From a virus, in IMG/VR virus record IMGVR_UViG_3300044675_005311, positions 1-64,000 of that record: a DNA stretch of 64,000 nucleotides. One strand, written 5' to 3'. Shown here piece by piece: positions 1-8,438 of this stretch (within the stretch, counting starts at the first letter, position 1; every line of letters starts with the position of its first letter). A model generated the notes under the pieces. That model was not told the origin of the DNA. It searched no databases and saw nothing but the letters and a program-made list of their open reading frames with translations. Made by a program: the position numbers and the translations under genes.

Positions 1-267
1 ACCATTGCGTGAGGCGGTTTCGTACGTTACAACTTCAAAATGATTGCCGAAGCGATACTCCAACCATACTATGTTTAATCCCCAACGCTTATCGCACTCA
101 TTGATAAAATCAAGTGTTTGTGGCATTTCTTTGCCCGTGTTTTGAAAGGTTACTATGTAGTTTTCGATACCTTCATCTATCAAACGCTTGGTTAGATACG
201 CGGAGGTTCTACCACCGCTAAAATTTATGACATTTACATAGTTGGTGATTTTGGTTTGTTTTTCCAT
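1..267 (-). CDS. PAPS-reductase (phosphoadenosine phosphosulfate reductase) family protein, 3' part outside window
   Basis: Manual translation from ATG at 267: MEKQTKITNYVNVINFSGGRTSAYLTK...VTFQNTGKEMPQTLDFINEC; PP-loop SGGxTS plus NTGxE motif. Confidence 0.8.
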   Translation of the reverse strand, partial: MEKQTKITNYVNVINFSGGRTSAYLTKRLIDEGIENYIVTFQNTGKEMPQTLDFINECDKRWGLNIVWLEYRFGNHFEVVTYETASRNG

Positions 268-303
268 TATTCTCATTCAATATTAGGTAATTTAAAAGGA
301 AGA

Positions 304-336
304 CTAGTCGCAAAAGTTTACAAGGTTTGCGACTAG
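304..336. repeat. Perfect 11-bp inverted repeat (possible terminator/processing hairpin)
   Basis: CTAGTCGCAAA-N11-TTTGCGACTAG, intergenic. Confidence 0.7.
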
Positions 337-342
337 CGAGGA

Positions 343-558
343 TTAGAGTTTAAGGGCTTTGGCTATTTGGTACGCCCCCCAAAATGGTTCGGGGTACTTG
401 GTAGGGTAAACATCATAGTTCTCTTCCTCAATCGCGTCTATGAGAGCGCGTTGTTCGTCGGTTTCTCCTTCGGGTAAATACTTGGTTAGGATTTCCCATA
501 CTTCTACCCAATATAGTATTGGGTGTAGGGTTGGCTTGTTATTTTCTTCGTTATTCAT
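343..558 (-). CDS. hypothetical protein
   Basis: 71-aa ORF, ATG with A-rich leader, same strand as neighbours. Confidence 0.6.
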   Translation of the reverse strand: MNNEENNKPTLHPILYWVEVWEILTKYLPEGETDEQRALIDAIEEENYDVYPTKYPEPFWGAYQIAKALKL

Positions 559-928
559 ATTTTTATTTTTTATAATTTATTTGTTTGATTTAATTTAAGG
601 TTACTAAAATTTACTCATCATTATCAACTATCATAACACCCTCGTGTCAAAAAGGTAAAAAACGTGCTTGCAAGTCGGCCATTTTTGACCCCGAAAAACC
701 ACCCAATTTTGGCCTTTTTTTGCACACTTTCGCACACTTTTTTGTTCATTTTTATTTGGCTTTGAATTGTACATAAGGTCAATGTTTTCTAAGGGTGACG
801 CAATTTTCATATTTTCACTTTTCGACAAGTCGTGCAAGTTGCAAAAACGTGAAAAAAAAGGCTATTTTTATTTGTTGTAACAAATGTCGTTGTGTTAATA
901 ACTATGGGTAATTGTGGATAAACCCGAT

Positions 929-1138
929 TTATCCATTTGAACTCACCTCATTTTTTAATTGCTCATTTTGAATTAAAGTTTTGTTGGGTTTGGATTTTTT
1001 AATTTCCCAACCATCATTGGTGGTTGCCCATTGGATTGACATTTCTTGAGAGCGTAGCAATTTCCAACGACATTCTTTTTCCGTCCCTTGGAATTTCACA
1101 ACACCATTGTGTAGTAGGTCAAAAATATCGTTTGCCAT
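929..1138 (-). CDS. hypothetical protein
   Basis: 69-aa ORF coupled (TAATG) to the upstream gene. Confidence 0.65.
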   Translation of the reverse strand: MANDIFDLLHNGVVKFQGTEKECRWKLLRSQEMSIQWATTNDGWEIKKSKPNKTLIQNEQLKNEVSSNG

Positions 1139-1362
1139 TATCTTAATTCTAAATTATGATTATTGAGCATCTCGTGAAGTTTGTCACGCAAATCACAATA
1201 TGCTTGGTATTTTTCGGGTGGTGTAGAGTCGGGTGCATATTTGGTTTCGTTCCGCAAGTGTTGGTCTAGTTCCCAAACTAGCAATGACCACTTCCATCCA
1301 TTTGAAGCATCTTCAAATTGTTCTTGGTCTTCGGGTAGGTTAAATTCAAGGATTGCTTTCAT
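1138..1362 (-). CDS. small phage protein (MKAILEFNLPED-type)
   Basis: 74-aa ORF in a tightly packed leftward operon. Confidence 0.7.
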   Translation of the reverse strand: MKAILEFNLPEDQEQFEDASNGWKWSLLVWELDQHLRNETKYAPDSTPPEKYQAYCDLRDKLHEMLNNHNLELR

Positions 1363-1606
1363 CGTTTATCATTTTGTTGGCTTCACCGATATGTTCTTGT
1401 GACATTCCACTAATGTAGTTTTTAATGTACCACTCTACCATTTCCAACGCTCTTTTATAACCCTCCGCATAACCATCGTCATAACTCATTTCCTTTCCAA
1501 TCGCTTCCATTTCTTTGGCTTGTTTCCAATCTTCAACGGTTAATTCTCTATTATATGCAATTTCCCATAACCACTCTACTGCCGTTTGTTGTTTATTGTT
1601 TGTCAT
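1346..1606 (-). CDS. small phage protein (KQTAVEWL-type)
   Basis: 86-aa ORF, ATGA overlap with upstream gene. Confidence 0.7.
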   Translation of the reverse strand: MTNNKQQTAVEWLWEIAYNRELTVEDWKQAKEMEAIGKEMSYDDGYAEGYKRALEMVEWYIKNYISGMSQEHIGEANKMINDESNP

Positions 1607-1953
1607 TGCTCACCTCCTTGTATTTTGTTACGCATCCAAGTTGCACCACCTAAATATGATACATCGTAAGGGTCAAATTCATCAAACTCCATACCATCCA
1701 ACTCCATCATTTTTTTAATCTCCTCATCACTTGGTAGTTGGATGTTTTGTCTACCTATTTTAATTATGCAATCCATACATACATTGTGAGTAGATTTTGA
1801 CTCATCACAATTTATACATAACGAATCACTTGGTAGTTCGATAGGCAAATGATTTTTAATTTCTTCTTCTACATCAGTTTCCCTTCTTGCAATACCATCA
1901 AATTTTCCAAGTTGATAAAACAATTTCAGATGTTCTTCTGTGTATAGTTTCAT
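1603..1953 (-). CDS. hypothetical protein with internal I(E/Q)LPSD repeat and CxxC pairs
   Basis: IELPSD...CINC...CMDC...IQLPSDEE; ATGA overlaps on both sides. Confidence 0.7.
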   Translation of the reverse strand: MKLYTEEHLKLFYQLGKFDGIARRETDVEEEIKNHLPIELPSDSLCINCDESKSTHNVCMDCIIKIGRQNIQLPSDEEIKKMMELDGMEFDEFDPYDVSYLGGATWMRNKIQGGEQ

Positions 1954-2189
1954 TGCTCACCTCCTTTATGTATTGGGTTTTTGCAGTTGCCTTTGTGACA
2001 TAGAATATTACCCTTGTAATTCTTACAAATGAAGTATTCACATCCTTCAATTACACATACTTTAATCGGGTCTGATGCTAAACTACCTTCACTTGCTATT
2101 GTGTAGTTGGTAGTTTTTGATGATACTGTTGGTTCCGTGCAACCACTTATTATTCCGATAAGTAATGTTGCTAATAATAGTTTTTTCAT
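1950..2189 (-). CDS. putative small lipoprotein
   Basis: MKKLLLATLLIGIISG-C lipobox-type signal; Cys/His-rich C-terminus (HKGNCKNPIH). Confidence 0.65.
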   Translation of the reverse strand: MKKLLLATLLIGIISGCTEPTVSSKTTNYTIASEGSLASDPIKVCVIEGCEYFICKNYKGNILCHKGNCKNPIHKGGEQ

Positions 2190-2237
2190 TTTGTCGTTAA
2201 TATTTTCCATTTTTTGATTTTCAAAGTTGTTTGATGT

Positions 2238-2552
2238 TTATTTATGATTGCCAAGTGCGTTTAAGTTGGAAACCACCGAAGATTGACGCTTGTGACGCTC
2301 TTGGTATTTCAATCCCCTTAGTTCGGGATAGGACTCTTGTAGTTTAGCACGTACCCGTCGTATAGATTCAAAGTTGGTAAGTTTACCATCCTTGATTAAC
2401 TCGAATACCTCGAACGCGGTGTTCTTTTCATTTAACTTGGATTCCAAGGCCCAAAATTGCGCAACAAGAACCATATCGTTATCGCGGGTTAAAGGCCATT
2501 TTTGCAAAATGTACTCTACCTTATTCGCAATGTCATTACTTATCTTAGTCAT
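2238..2552 (-). CDS. hypothetical phage protein
   Basis: 104-aa ORF with TRDND...ESIRRVRAKLQ motif. Confidence 0.7.
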   Translation of the reverse strand: MTKISNDIANKVEYILQKWPLTRDNDMVLVAQFWALESKLNEKNTAFEVFELIKDGKLTNFESIRRVRAKLQESYPELRGLKYQERHKRQSSVVSNLNALGNHK

Positions 2553-2557
2553 CGGTT

Positions 2558-2884
2558 TTATTTGTTTTCGTTAGATTCGGGTGTTGCAATAAAAAAATCG
2601 TCAACGTAGCAATATGTTTCCTTGTCCAACAATCCTACGGGATGGTTCTTATCGATACCTAGAAGTATTCCTTTTTGAAATGCGTTGTTTAAATAAATTT
2701 CTTCCCATCCATCAAGTATTCTAAGCGATGCTCGAATTGCTTGAATGGTGTGTGTGTCAAAGGGTGGGGTTTCTTTAGTCTTGTTAACCTTTTCAAATTC
2801 ATCAAGTACATTATGTACCAACGATAAAATCAAAGGGTGTTTGTTTTGGTCTTCGGGGCGGAAACTTATCTTGTTGTCTTTCAT
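2558..2884 (-). CDS. hypothetical protein, first gene of the leftward operon
   Basis: ATG at 2884, 17 nt downstream of a minus-strand TACTTTTG element. Confidence 0.65.
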   Translation of the reverse strand: MKDNKISFRPEDQNKHPLILSLVHNVLDEFEKVNKTKETPPFDTHTIQAIRASLRILDGWEEIYLNNAFQKGILLGIDKNHPVGLLDKETYCYVDDFFIATPESNENK

Positions 2885-2901
2885 ATCTTTCAATTACATA
2901 A

Positions 2902-2929
2902 CAAAAGTAAAATTATTTCTCAAAATAAC
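2902..2929 (-). promoter_or_regulatory. Bacteroidota-type promoter (-7 TACTTTTG) with palindromic operator
   Basis: Minus strand reads GTTATTTTGAGAAATAAT-TT-TACTTTTG. Confidence 0.7.
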
Positions 2930-2992
2930 AATACTTAATGTGTTACTTCTTAGTAATCAATCACTTTTCTTTGTGAATGGACAAAGTCAAAA

Positions 2993-3029
2993 TTTATTTT
3001 TCAAAATAACCAAACACACCTTATCTTTG
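2993..3029 (+). promoter_or_regulatory. Bacteroidota-type promoter (-7 TATCTTTG) with palindromic operator
   Basis: TTTATTTTTCAAAATAAC (2993-3010), TATCTTTG (3022-3029), ATG at 3035. Confidence 0.7.
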
Positions 3030-3034
3030 CCACT

Positions 3035-3424
3035 ATGAAAAAGAAATGCGTAGTAAGGGTAATAGGCCCAACTACAATGGATGTACGGAATGCGTGGGAA
3101 AGCGAAGAAGAAGCGGTACGGAAAACGACATACTATTCCATATACGACCCCGAAAAAGACGTTGAAATAGCGTGGGGTAAACAAATAGCATTAACACCTT
3201 GCATAGATAAATACACCACGGGTGGTTCGGATGTAAAAGGCTACCGATGTGTGTCGCCAACCGAAATGCAACAAATAATTGATGCGAACATTATGGTTGA
3301 TGTAGAATATCACGTAGTGCGTTGCGATAATCCGTGTGGTATGTGCGATGAATTTGGTTGTTTAGGGAATGACTACCCCGTTACGTTAATGAATAAAGTA
3401 ATAATAGAATGGAAGACATCATAA
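3035..3424 (+). CDS. hypothetical Cys-containing protein
   Basis: 129-aa ORF directly after the promoter; CxxxCxxC-x3-C cluster. Confidence 0.7.
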   Translation: MKKKCVVRVIGPTTMDVRNAWESEEEAVRKTTYYSIYDPEKDVEIAWGKQIALTPCIDKYTTGGSDVKGYRCVSPTEMQQIIDANIMVDVEYHVVRCDNPCGMCDEFGCLGNDYPVTLMNKVIIEWKTS

Positions 3425-3606
3425 ATTTTATCCAATTCGCGGTGGAAGAAAGTACCATCCATCACGATATTGACGAGAACCCAAGTATCAATGCCGAGCG
3501 TTTGACGGAAATAATGGTTGAATACATTACCAAGCGCGAAAACAAATTGAAGAAGCAAATCGTAACGGAGGCGAAACAAGCAATTCAAAACATATTACTA
3601 AAATGA
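3409..3606 (+). CDS. hypothetical protein
   Basis: 65-aa ORF overlapping both neighbours. Confidence 0.6.
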   Translation: MEDIINFIQFAVEESTIHHDIDENPSINAERLTEIMVEYITKRENKLKKQIVTEAKQAIQNILLK

Positions 3607-3953
3607 TAAAATTACATTTATTCACGCACCTTGCCCTAGCGACTTTTGTTCTTATTGGAATATTGATTGCTATTCACGACAAAATCAAATCACTCACTTG
3701 GGTGTATTTTGAAAAGACCAATTCCTACAATGCAAAAGCACGGACAATTTATCGCATTATAATAGCGTTGTGTTTCGTTGGTGTAACGCTTATGACCTTA
3801 AATCCAATAGTAACAACACACGAAATTATTGGAAAGTCAAATTTCAACAACAATATGCTAGTGGGCGCATTGAACTTTATGGTTGTTGTTATGAACTTGG
3901 TACTTGGTGTTTACATTGGAAACAAGATTTCTAAAATATTTTCTAACCCTTGA
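3603..3953 (+). CDS. membrane protein (about 3 TM)
   Basis: Three hydrophobic segments in 116 aa. Confidence 0.7.
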   Translation: MIKLHLFTHLALATFVLIGILIAIHDKIKSLTWVYFEKTNSYNAKARTIYRIIIALCFVGVTLMTLNPIVTTHEIIGKSNFNNNMLVGALNFMVVVMNLVLGVYIGNKISKIFSNP

Positions 3954-3955
3954 TT

Positions 3956-3984
3956 GTTATTTTCAAAAATAATCCTAACCTTTG
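3956..3984 (+). promoter_or_regulatory. Operator plus near-consensus -7 element
   Basis: GTTATTTTCAAAAATAAT then AACCTTTG; ATG at 3992. Confidence 0.6.
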
Positions 3985-3991
3985 CTAAACT

Positions 3992-4153
3992 ATGACAACA
4001 CATAACTTAATTAACGACGAAGAGAATCACAACTTGATTCAACCCTACGATGGTTCTCACGACCCAACTCACTTTGAAGACGAAAATGAAGCGTCCATTC
4101 AAGAAGAAGACGAAGATGTTACACCCGAAAAAATGGAGGAAGAGTACTTATGA
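3992..4153 (+). CDS. 53-aa highly acidic protein (not in ORF track)
   Basis: MTTHNLINDEENHNLIQPYDGSHDPTHFEDENEASIQEEDEDVTPEKMEEEYL; own promoter; ATGA overlap with next gene. Confidence 0.7.
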   Translation: MTTHNLINDEENHNLIQPYDGSHDPTHFEDENEASIQEEDEDVTPEKMEEEYL

Positions 4154-4533
4154 TTTTTCTAAAGTTTTTTATTGGTTTTCTTGCCGTAGGATTGGTGTAT
4201 GTGATTTTGCGTACAATTAAACTTGCGATGACGGAATCGCCAAATTTTCCCGTGGAAGAAGAAGAAGAGCATTTGTTTGCGGAACGACCCTATCCTCACG
4301 AAAGAGAAATGGTAGAGTTGGAAATGAAGGAAACAAAAAAAGCCTCGCAAAAAGATGTAGTTATTGCTCATTTGATGGTTCACGGGACGATTTCAAAAGC
4401 GGAGGCCAAATCTATGGGTATTTTTAGATTGCCGATGATTATTCTAAGATTGCGTAAACTTTACAAGATTGACAACGTAATCGTTGATGGCAAATTTGCC
4501 CATTACAAATTGATTGAATACAAGGGCAAGTAA
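4150..4533 (+). CDS. membrane-anchored protein with C-terminal winged-HTH-like domain
   Basis: N-terminal TM; SQKDVVIAHLMVHGTISKAEA...GIFRLPMIILRLRK. Confidence 0.6.
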   Translation: MIFLKFFIGFLAVGLVYVILRTIKLAMTESPNFPVEEEEEHLFAERPYPHEREMVELEMKETKKASQKDVVIAHLMVHGTISKAEAKSMGIFRLPMIILRLRKLYKIDNVIVDGKFAHYKLIEYKGK

Positions 4534-4589
4534 TTGCCTATCCCCTCCATAGTTGGGTAATGTCGGTGCAAGACCGATATGGGGAACAA

Positions 4590-4784
4590 ATGAGAATTTT
4601 AAAAAGAAACCCGAACGCAAGTGTTGTTTCAACAATTAATCTTTGGCTTATTCCAATGTTGGCTTATCTATTTGAAAAAGTAGCGGGTATGACTTTTAAC
4701 GAGTATGAATTTATTTGGTGGATTGCTATACCTATTTTTTTTATTTCTTGGTTGATTATTAATTTTAAAATTGTAAAGGAATGA
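4590..4784 (+). CDS. small 2-TM membrane protein
   Basis: ATG at 4590; two hydrophobic segments. Confidence 0.55.
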   Translation: MRILKRNPNASVVSTINLWLIPMLAYLFEKVAGMTFNEYEFIWWIAIPIFFISWLIINFKIVKE

Positions 4785-4972
4785 CACCGAAAGAAAAAGC
4801 CAAAGAACTGGTTGATAAATTCACAGTGGTTGGATTGCAACAAAGAAACGAAGGGATTCAATGTGCATTAATTGCAGTTGATGAAATAATAAATGTAACG
4901 GCAGGATTAAAAGGTTGGATAGATGGTTTTCAATATTGGGAAGTGGTAAAACAAGAAATACAAAAACTATGA
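4781..4972 (+). CDS. small phage protein (MTPKEKAKEL-type), paralogue 1
   Basis: PKEKAKEL...CALIAVDEII...YWEVVKQEI. Confidence 0.75.
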   Translation: MTPKEKAKELVDKFTVVGLQQRNEGIQCALIAVDEIINVTAGLKGWIDGFQYWEVVKQEIQKL

Positions 4973-5205
4973 CAATACCACCAAAGGAAAAGGCAAAGCA
5001 ACTTAAAGAGCGATTTGAAGATGGCTTGACCTTAAAAGATTGTGCTAAGATTGCCGTCAAGGAAATAATAGAAAGTCGTAAGGATGACCGAAGATTTGAT
5101 GATAGGTTGATACAAGGTAGTTCGGGCTACGCATCATTGCATCCAATGGGTTTGTCATATTGGCTTGAAGTAGAAAAAGAATTGAATAAAAATGAGCAAC
5201 GATAA
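4969..5205 (+). CDS. small phage protein (MTPKEKAKEL-type), paralogue 2
   Basis: PKEKAKQL...CAKIAVKEII...YWLEVEKEL; ATG at 4969. Confidence 0.75.
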   Translation: MTIPPKEKAKQLKERFEDGLTLKDCAKIAVKEIIESRKDDRRFDDRLIQGSSGYASLHPMGLSYWLEVEKELNKNEQR

Positions 5206-5413
5206 AAAAACAAAAATCGCCCAAATACTTATTAGACGCGGTATTTCGCAAACGGATTTGATTGATAGAATACGGGAAACCCAAGGTGTCAATATTGAGA
5301 AATACCGAATGTCCAAAATAGTAAGTGGCCAAATAACCAACTACTTCACTAGCACCGCGCGTGCTATATCCAATGCCTTGAATCTTCCCATAGAAGACAT
5401 TCTTGAAAACTAA
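5192..5413 (+). CDS. XRE/Cro-type helix-turn-helix regulator
   Basis: RRGISQTDL...RMSKIVSG...ARAISNALNLPIEDIL. Confidence 0.75.
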   Translation: MSNDKKTKIAQILIRRGISQTDLIDRIRETQGVNIEKYRMSKIVSGQITNYFTSTARAISNALNLPIEDILEN

Positions 5414-5999
5414 GCCATTCTATAAAGCCTTATCTAGCCGACCAACGATGTATGGTGCGGTTTGGCTATATATTTTGGGAAAGGTAGGCGAGGAAGTGAC
5501 CTACACGGAAATTTCAAAACATTGCGGTGGCTCATCCAAATCATACCTCTCCGAAATTGTACAATGGGGATTGAAGAAAATGCGGTTACACCAAATTGAC
5601 TTTGAATACTCAAAAAGCAATAGAGGGATAGTATTCTCCTTTAGCGTGTACAAGGTTGTCGTTGCCAAAGACGAATCCTTGGTCAATGAAATAGTGAACT
5701 ACCTTAACGAAAAAAGCGGTAAGAATTTCACCACCACCTCTAAGGAAACCATCAAAGTTATTGAAGCAAGATTGAAAGAAGGAAATACCATAGATGACTT
5801 CAAAAAGGTAATAGATACCAAATGCGCAAAATGGTTGCGTAGCGAGTTTGAAGATTACATTAGACCCATAACATTATTCGGAAACAAATTCAATTCATAC
5901 CTAAATGAAAACCCAACCATCAAAAGAGTTAGCAACATCGAAAAAACCATTGTCACCGCAATTGAAACCTCAAACGTCGATTGGGGCTTGGATAAATAG
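5403..5999 (+). CDS. putative replication initiator (N-terminal HTH plus conserved phage C-terminal Phg_2220_C-like domain)
   Basis: IVNYLNEKSGKNF...IEARLKEG.TIDDFKKVID.K...W...YIRPITLFGNKFNSYLNE; start (TTG 5403 vs ATG 5448) uncertain. Confidence 0.75.
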   Translation: MKTKPFYKALSSRPTMYGAVWLYILGKVGEEVTYTEISKHCGGSSKSYLSEIVQWGLKKMRLHQIDFEYSKSNRGIVFSFSVYKVVVAKDESLVNEIVNYLNEKSGKNFTTTSKETIKVIEARLKEGNTIDDFKKVIDTKCAKWLRSEFEDYIRPITLFGNKFNSYLNENPTIKRVSNIEKTIVTAIETSNVDWGLDK

Positions 6000-6774
6000 T
6001 GATACGGAAAAAGAGTTGTACTTAGCGCAATATGAGAAAAAGATTGCCCACTTTCAAACCAACGACGAAGTAAACAACTTGCTAAAGGTTGTAACCACTT
6101 GGCGCATATACCTTGGTATTAGAGAGGAAGCATCCAAGGAAGAGAATGTGCTTAATGTCAACTTCATCCGTGAAAATTATAAGAACTTCACTTTAGCGGA
6201 TATTGAACTAGCGTACAAATATGCATTGACGGGCAAGTTGGAAGTGGATGCCGAGGCTTACGGCAAATTTTCTCCGTTGTACATTTCAAAAATTTTAAAC
6301 GCTTACGGATTTTATTGTGAAAAGATGATGACGGAAATATTGAAGCGTAAACGCGAACACGAAAGTCGTATGAGGCAATTACCCGTTCACGAATCGTATG
6401 AAGAACGCGTAGACAACCGAAAAAAGTCAATCGTGTGGTACTACCACCAATTGAGGAGTTCGTACAAGTATGTGGGTGATTATGGTAGTGTGGTGTGGAC
6501 TTTCTTGACCCGAAACAATATCCTCAATGCGCAAAACATAGATTTTGAAATAGCCAAAGAAGAAGCCAAGAAAATGCGTATGGCTCATACCTTAAACGTA
6601 TTTGCAAGGGTGTTGGAAAAAATGACAACCGAAGAACGCCAAAAGGAATACGACACACTAGACGAAATGTATGGCAAGTATTTCGTGATGCAACAATATT
6701 TTGGCAAAGTAGACAATATCGATGAATGGCTAAAGCAATTCACGGACGAACAATTTATACCTAAGAAAAAATGA
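5905..6774 (+). CDS. hypothetical protein, possible helicase-loader-like partner of the initiator
   Basis: 289-aa helical ORF overlapping the initiator; function inferred from position only. Confidence 0.5.
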   Translation: MKTQPSKELATSKKPLSPQLKPQTSIGAWINSDTEKELYLAQYEKKIAHFQTNDEVNNLLKVVTTWRIYLGIREEASKEENVLNVNFIRENYKNFTLADIELAYKYALTGKLEVDAEAYGKFSPLYISKILNAYGFYCEKMMTEILKRKREHESRMRQLPVHESYEERVDNRKKSIVWYYHQLRSSYKYVGDYGSVVWTFLTRNNILNAQNIDFEIAKEEAKKMRMAHTLNVFARVLEKMTTEERQKEYDTLDEMYGKYFVMQQYFGKVDNIDEWLKQFTDEQFIPKKK

Positions 6775-7010
6775 AATTAATACTTGATGAAGATATGGTC
6801 AAATCTATGACCTCCGAATGCGCGGAAGCGATGACCCTACATTTGTTGAATGCAACGAATCCCGAAAACGATAATGACGATTGTGGTTGCTTAACTTGTT
6901 TGGCGCGTTTATGTGTAGAGATTGTCTTGGAACGAATCCACGAGGAGGGTGAGGCAATAATTGCCCAACAAAAACACAATCAAAAAATTGATAGAAGGAA
7001 CATAAATTGA
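6771..7010 (+). CDS. hypothetical protein
   Basis: 79-aa ORF with ATGA overlap. Confidence 0.6.
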   Translation: MKLILDEDMVKSMTSECAEAMTLHLLNATNPENDNDDCGCLTCLARLCVEIVLERIHEEGEAIIAQQKHNQKIDRRNIN

Positions 7011-7020
7011 TAAAATTAAT

Positions 7021-7028
7021 TATCTTTG
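7021..7028 (+). promoter_or_regulatory. -7 promoter element
   Basis: TATCTTTG 13 nt before ATG 7042. Confidence 0.5.
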
Positions 7029-7041
7029 AAAATAATAAATT

Positions 7042-7668
7042 ATGGCAATGATAGCACTTGGAATCCCAACCATAAATAGGGCCGACTTATTACAAGAAGC
7101 ATTGGATGTTTACAAGGAAACTTGGTATGGTAGACACGTCTACATAGTAGATAACGGACACCAACAAATAACGACCACCGCGAGTAATCAAAAGGTATTA
7201 ACGATGCCACACAACTTGGGGGTAAGCGGTTCTTGGAATTTGCTTTGTCAATCGTTATTTGCCAAAGGTTATACCCACGTTGCTTTATTGAATGACGATG
7301 TTATTTGGCGTAAGACCGCCGATGAAATTGAAGAGTACATTGATGCTAACCCGAACGATTTTTATTTGGGACTTGGCACTTGGTGTTTGTTTATAATTCC
7401 GTTGACCACTTGGGAAAAGGTTGGCAAATTTGATGAGCAATTTTTCCCCGCGTATTTTGAGGATAATGATTATTGCTTGCGGATGCGTAACGAGGGATTG
7501 AAGCGTGATATGTCACCTTTCTTTAGCCCCGACGTATTTCGTAATTCACAAACCATTGCTAAAGACCCAACCTTGAATGGAAACTTTGACCGCAATCGTC
7601 AATTGTTTATGGATAAATGGGGCGGTTCGCCTGGCAATGAAACCTACAAAACGCCCTACAACAAATGA
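7042..7668 (+). CDS. glycosyltransferase family 2 (GT-A)
   Basis: GIPTINR, IVDNG, NLGVSGSWN, LLNDD, FDEQFFPAYFEDNDYC. Confidence 0.9.
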   Translation: MAMIALGIPTINRADLLQEALDVYKETWYGRHVYIVDNGHQQITTTASNQKVLTMPHNLGVSGSWNLLCQSLFAKGYTHVALLNDDVIWRKTADEIEEYIDANPNDFYLGLGTWCLFIIPLTTWEKVGKFDEQFFPAYFEDNDYCLRMRNEGLKRDMSPFFSPDVFRNSQTIAKDPTLNGNFDRNRQLFMDKWGGSPGNETYKTPYNK

Positions 7669-7874
7669 AAAACATACGGCTACTTTTCGTCGGATTGGCT
7701 TTGCCCATAATTCTAACCGCTTACGTTATTTGGATGGCTTGGTTTCAAATTAAATTTGAACGAGTGCCAAACGAACGCGATGAGGTTTACTTTATAGACA
7801 AGCACGTTGACAAACTTTTAGTCGTTTACTATTCAATAATTTCCGCTTGGTTATGTATTTCGATATTAATGTAA
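7665..7874 (+). CDS. small 2-TM membrane protein
   Basis: Two hydrophobic segments. Confidence 0.6.
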   Translation: MKNIRLLFVGLALPIILTAYVIWMAWFQIKFERVPNERDEVYFIDKHVDKLLVVYYSIISAWLCISILM

Positions 7875-7946
7875 CCCACGACAAGATTTTATTTGTCACC
7901 AACACCACAAACAAACAACGAATCAAGTTTATATATATTCAAAAAT

Positions 7947-8162
7947 ATGAAGACCGCATTTCAAGCGTACTTAGAGGAACTCGAAAAAAACCCGAATGAA
8001 ATTTTGACCAAGGCGAATGTTATTCACCACGCCAAAGGTTTTTTAGAGGTGGAGAAAGACCAAATCGTAGATATGGGAAACCGCTATCACGAGAAACTCA
8101 AAACTATGGGTATAGTGACCCAATCCGCGCTTGAAGTGTTCAATAAAATATACAATAAATAG
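7947..8162 (+). CDS. small phage protein (MKTA...EKDQI type)
   Basis: ATG 7947 after A-rich leader. Confidence 0.65.
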   Translation: MKTAFQAYLEELEKNPNEILTKANVIHHAKGFLEVEKDQIVDMGNRYHEKLKTMGIVTQSALEVFNKIYNK

Positions 8163-8168
8163 AAAAAT

Positions 8169-8438
8169 ATGAAAACCCCTAAAATCTTTATTCTCAAAAT
8201 CAATTCCCGTCCGCCGTGGGAAGTTCAAGAACCCAAGTTGAATTATGTTTCGGACTATGAATATACAACGAGGACTTACGATGTGTGTGACTTTGACTAT
8301 GGCGCACAAAAGTTCACTTTAGAAGAAGCAAGTAAAATCGCTGCCACCCTAAACAAAATTCACCTCAATTACACCGAAGTAACTATACCAAAAGAATATG
8401 GAAGCACAACACTACCAAGCAAAGGGATTAAATTATAA
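8169..8438 (+). CDS. hypothetical protein
   Basis: 89-aa ORF in operon. Confidence 0.6.
   Translation: MKTPKIFILKINSRPPWEVQEPKLNYVSDYEYTTRTYDVCDFDYGAQKFTLEEASKIAATLNKIHLNYTEVTIPKEYGSTTLPSKGIKL

Noticed and set aside
631-837. 68-aa minus-strand ORF in the ORF track
   Set aside because: Non-ATG start, low-complexity A/T-tract DNA, no coupling to neighbours; more likely non-coding.
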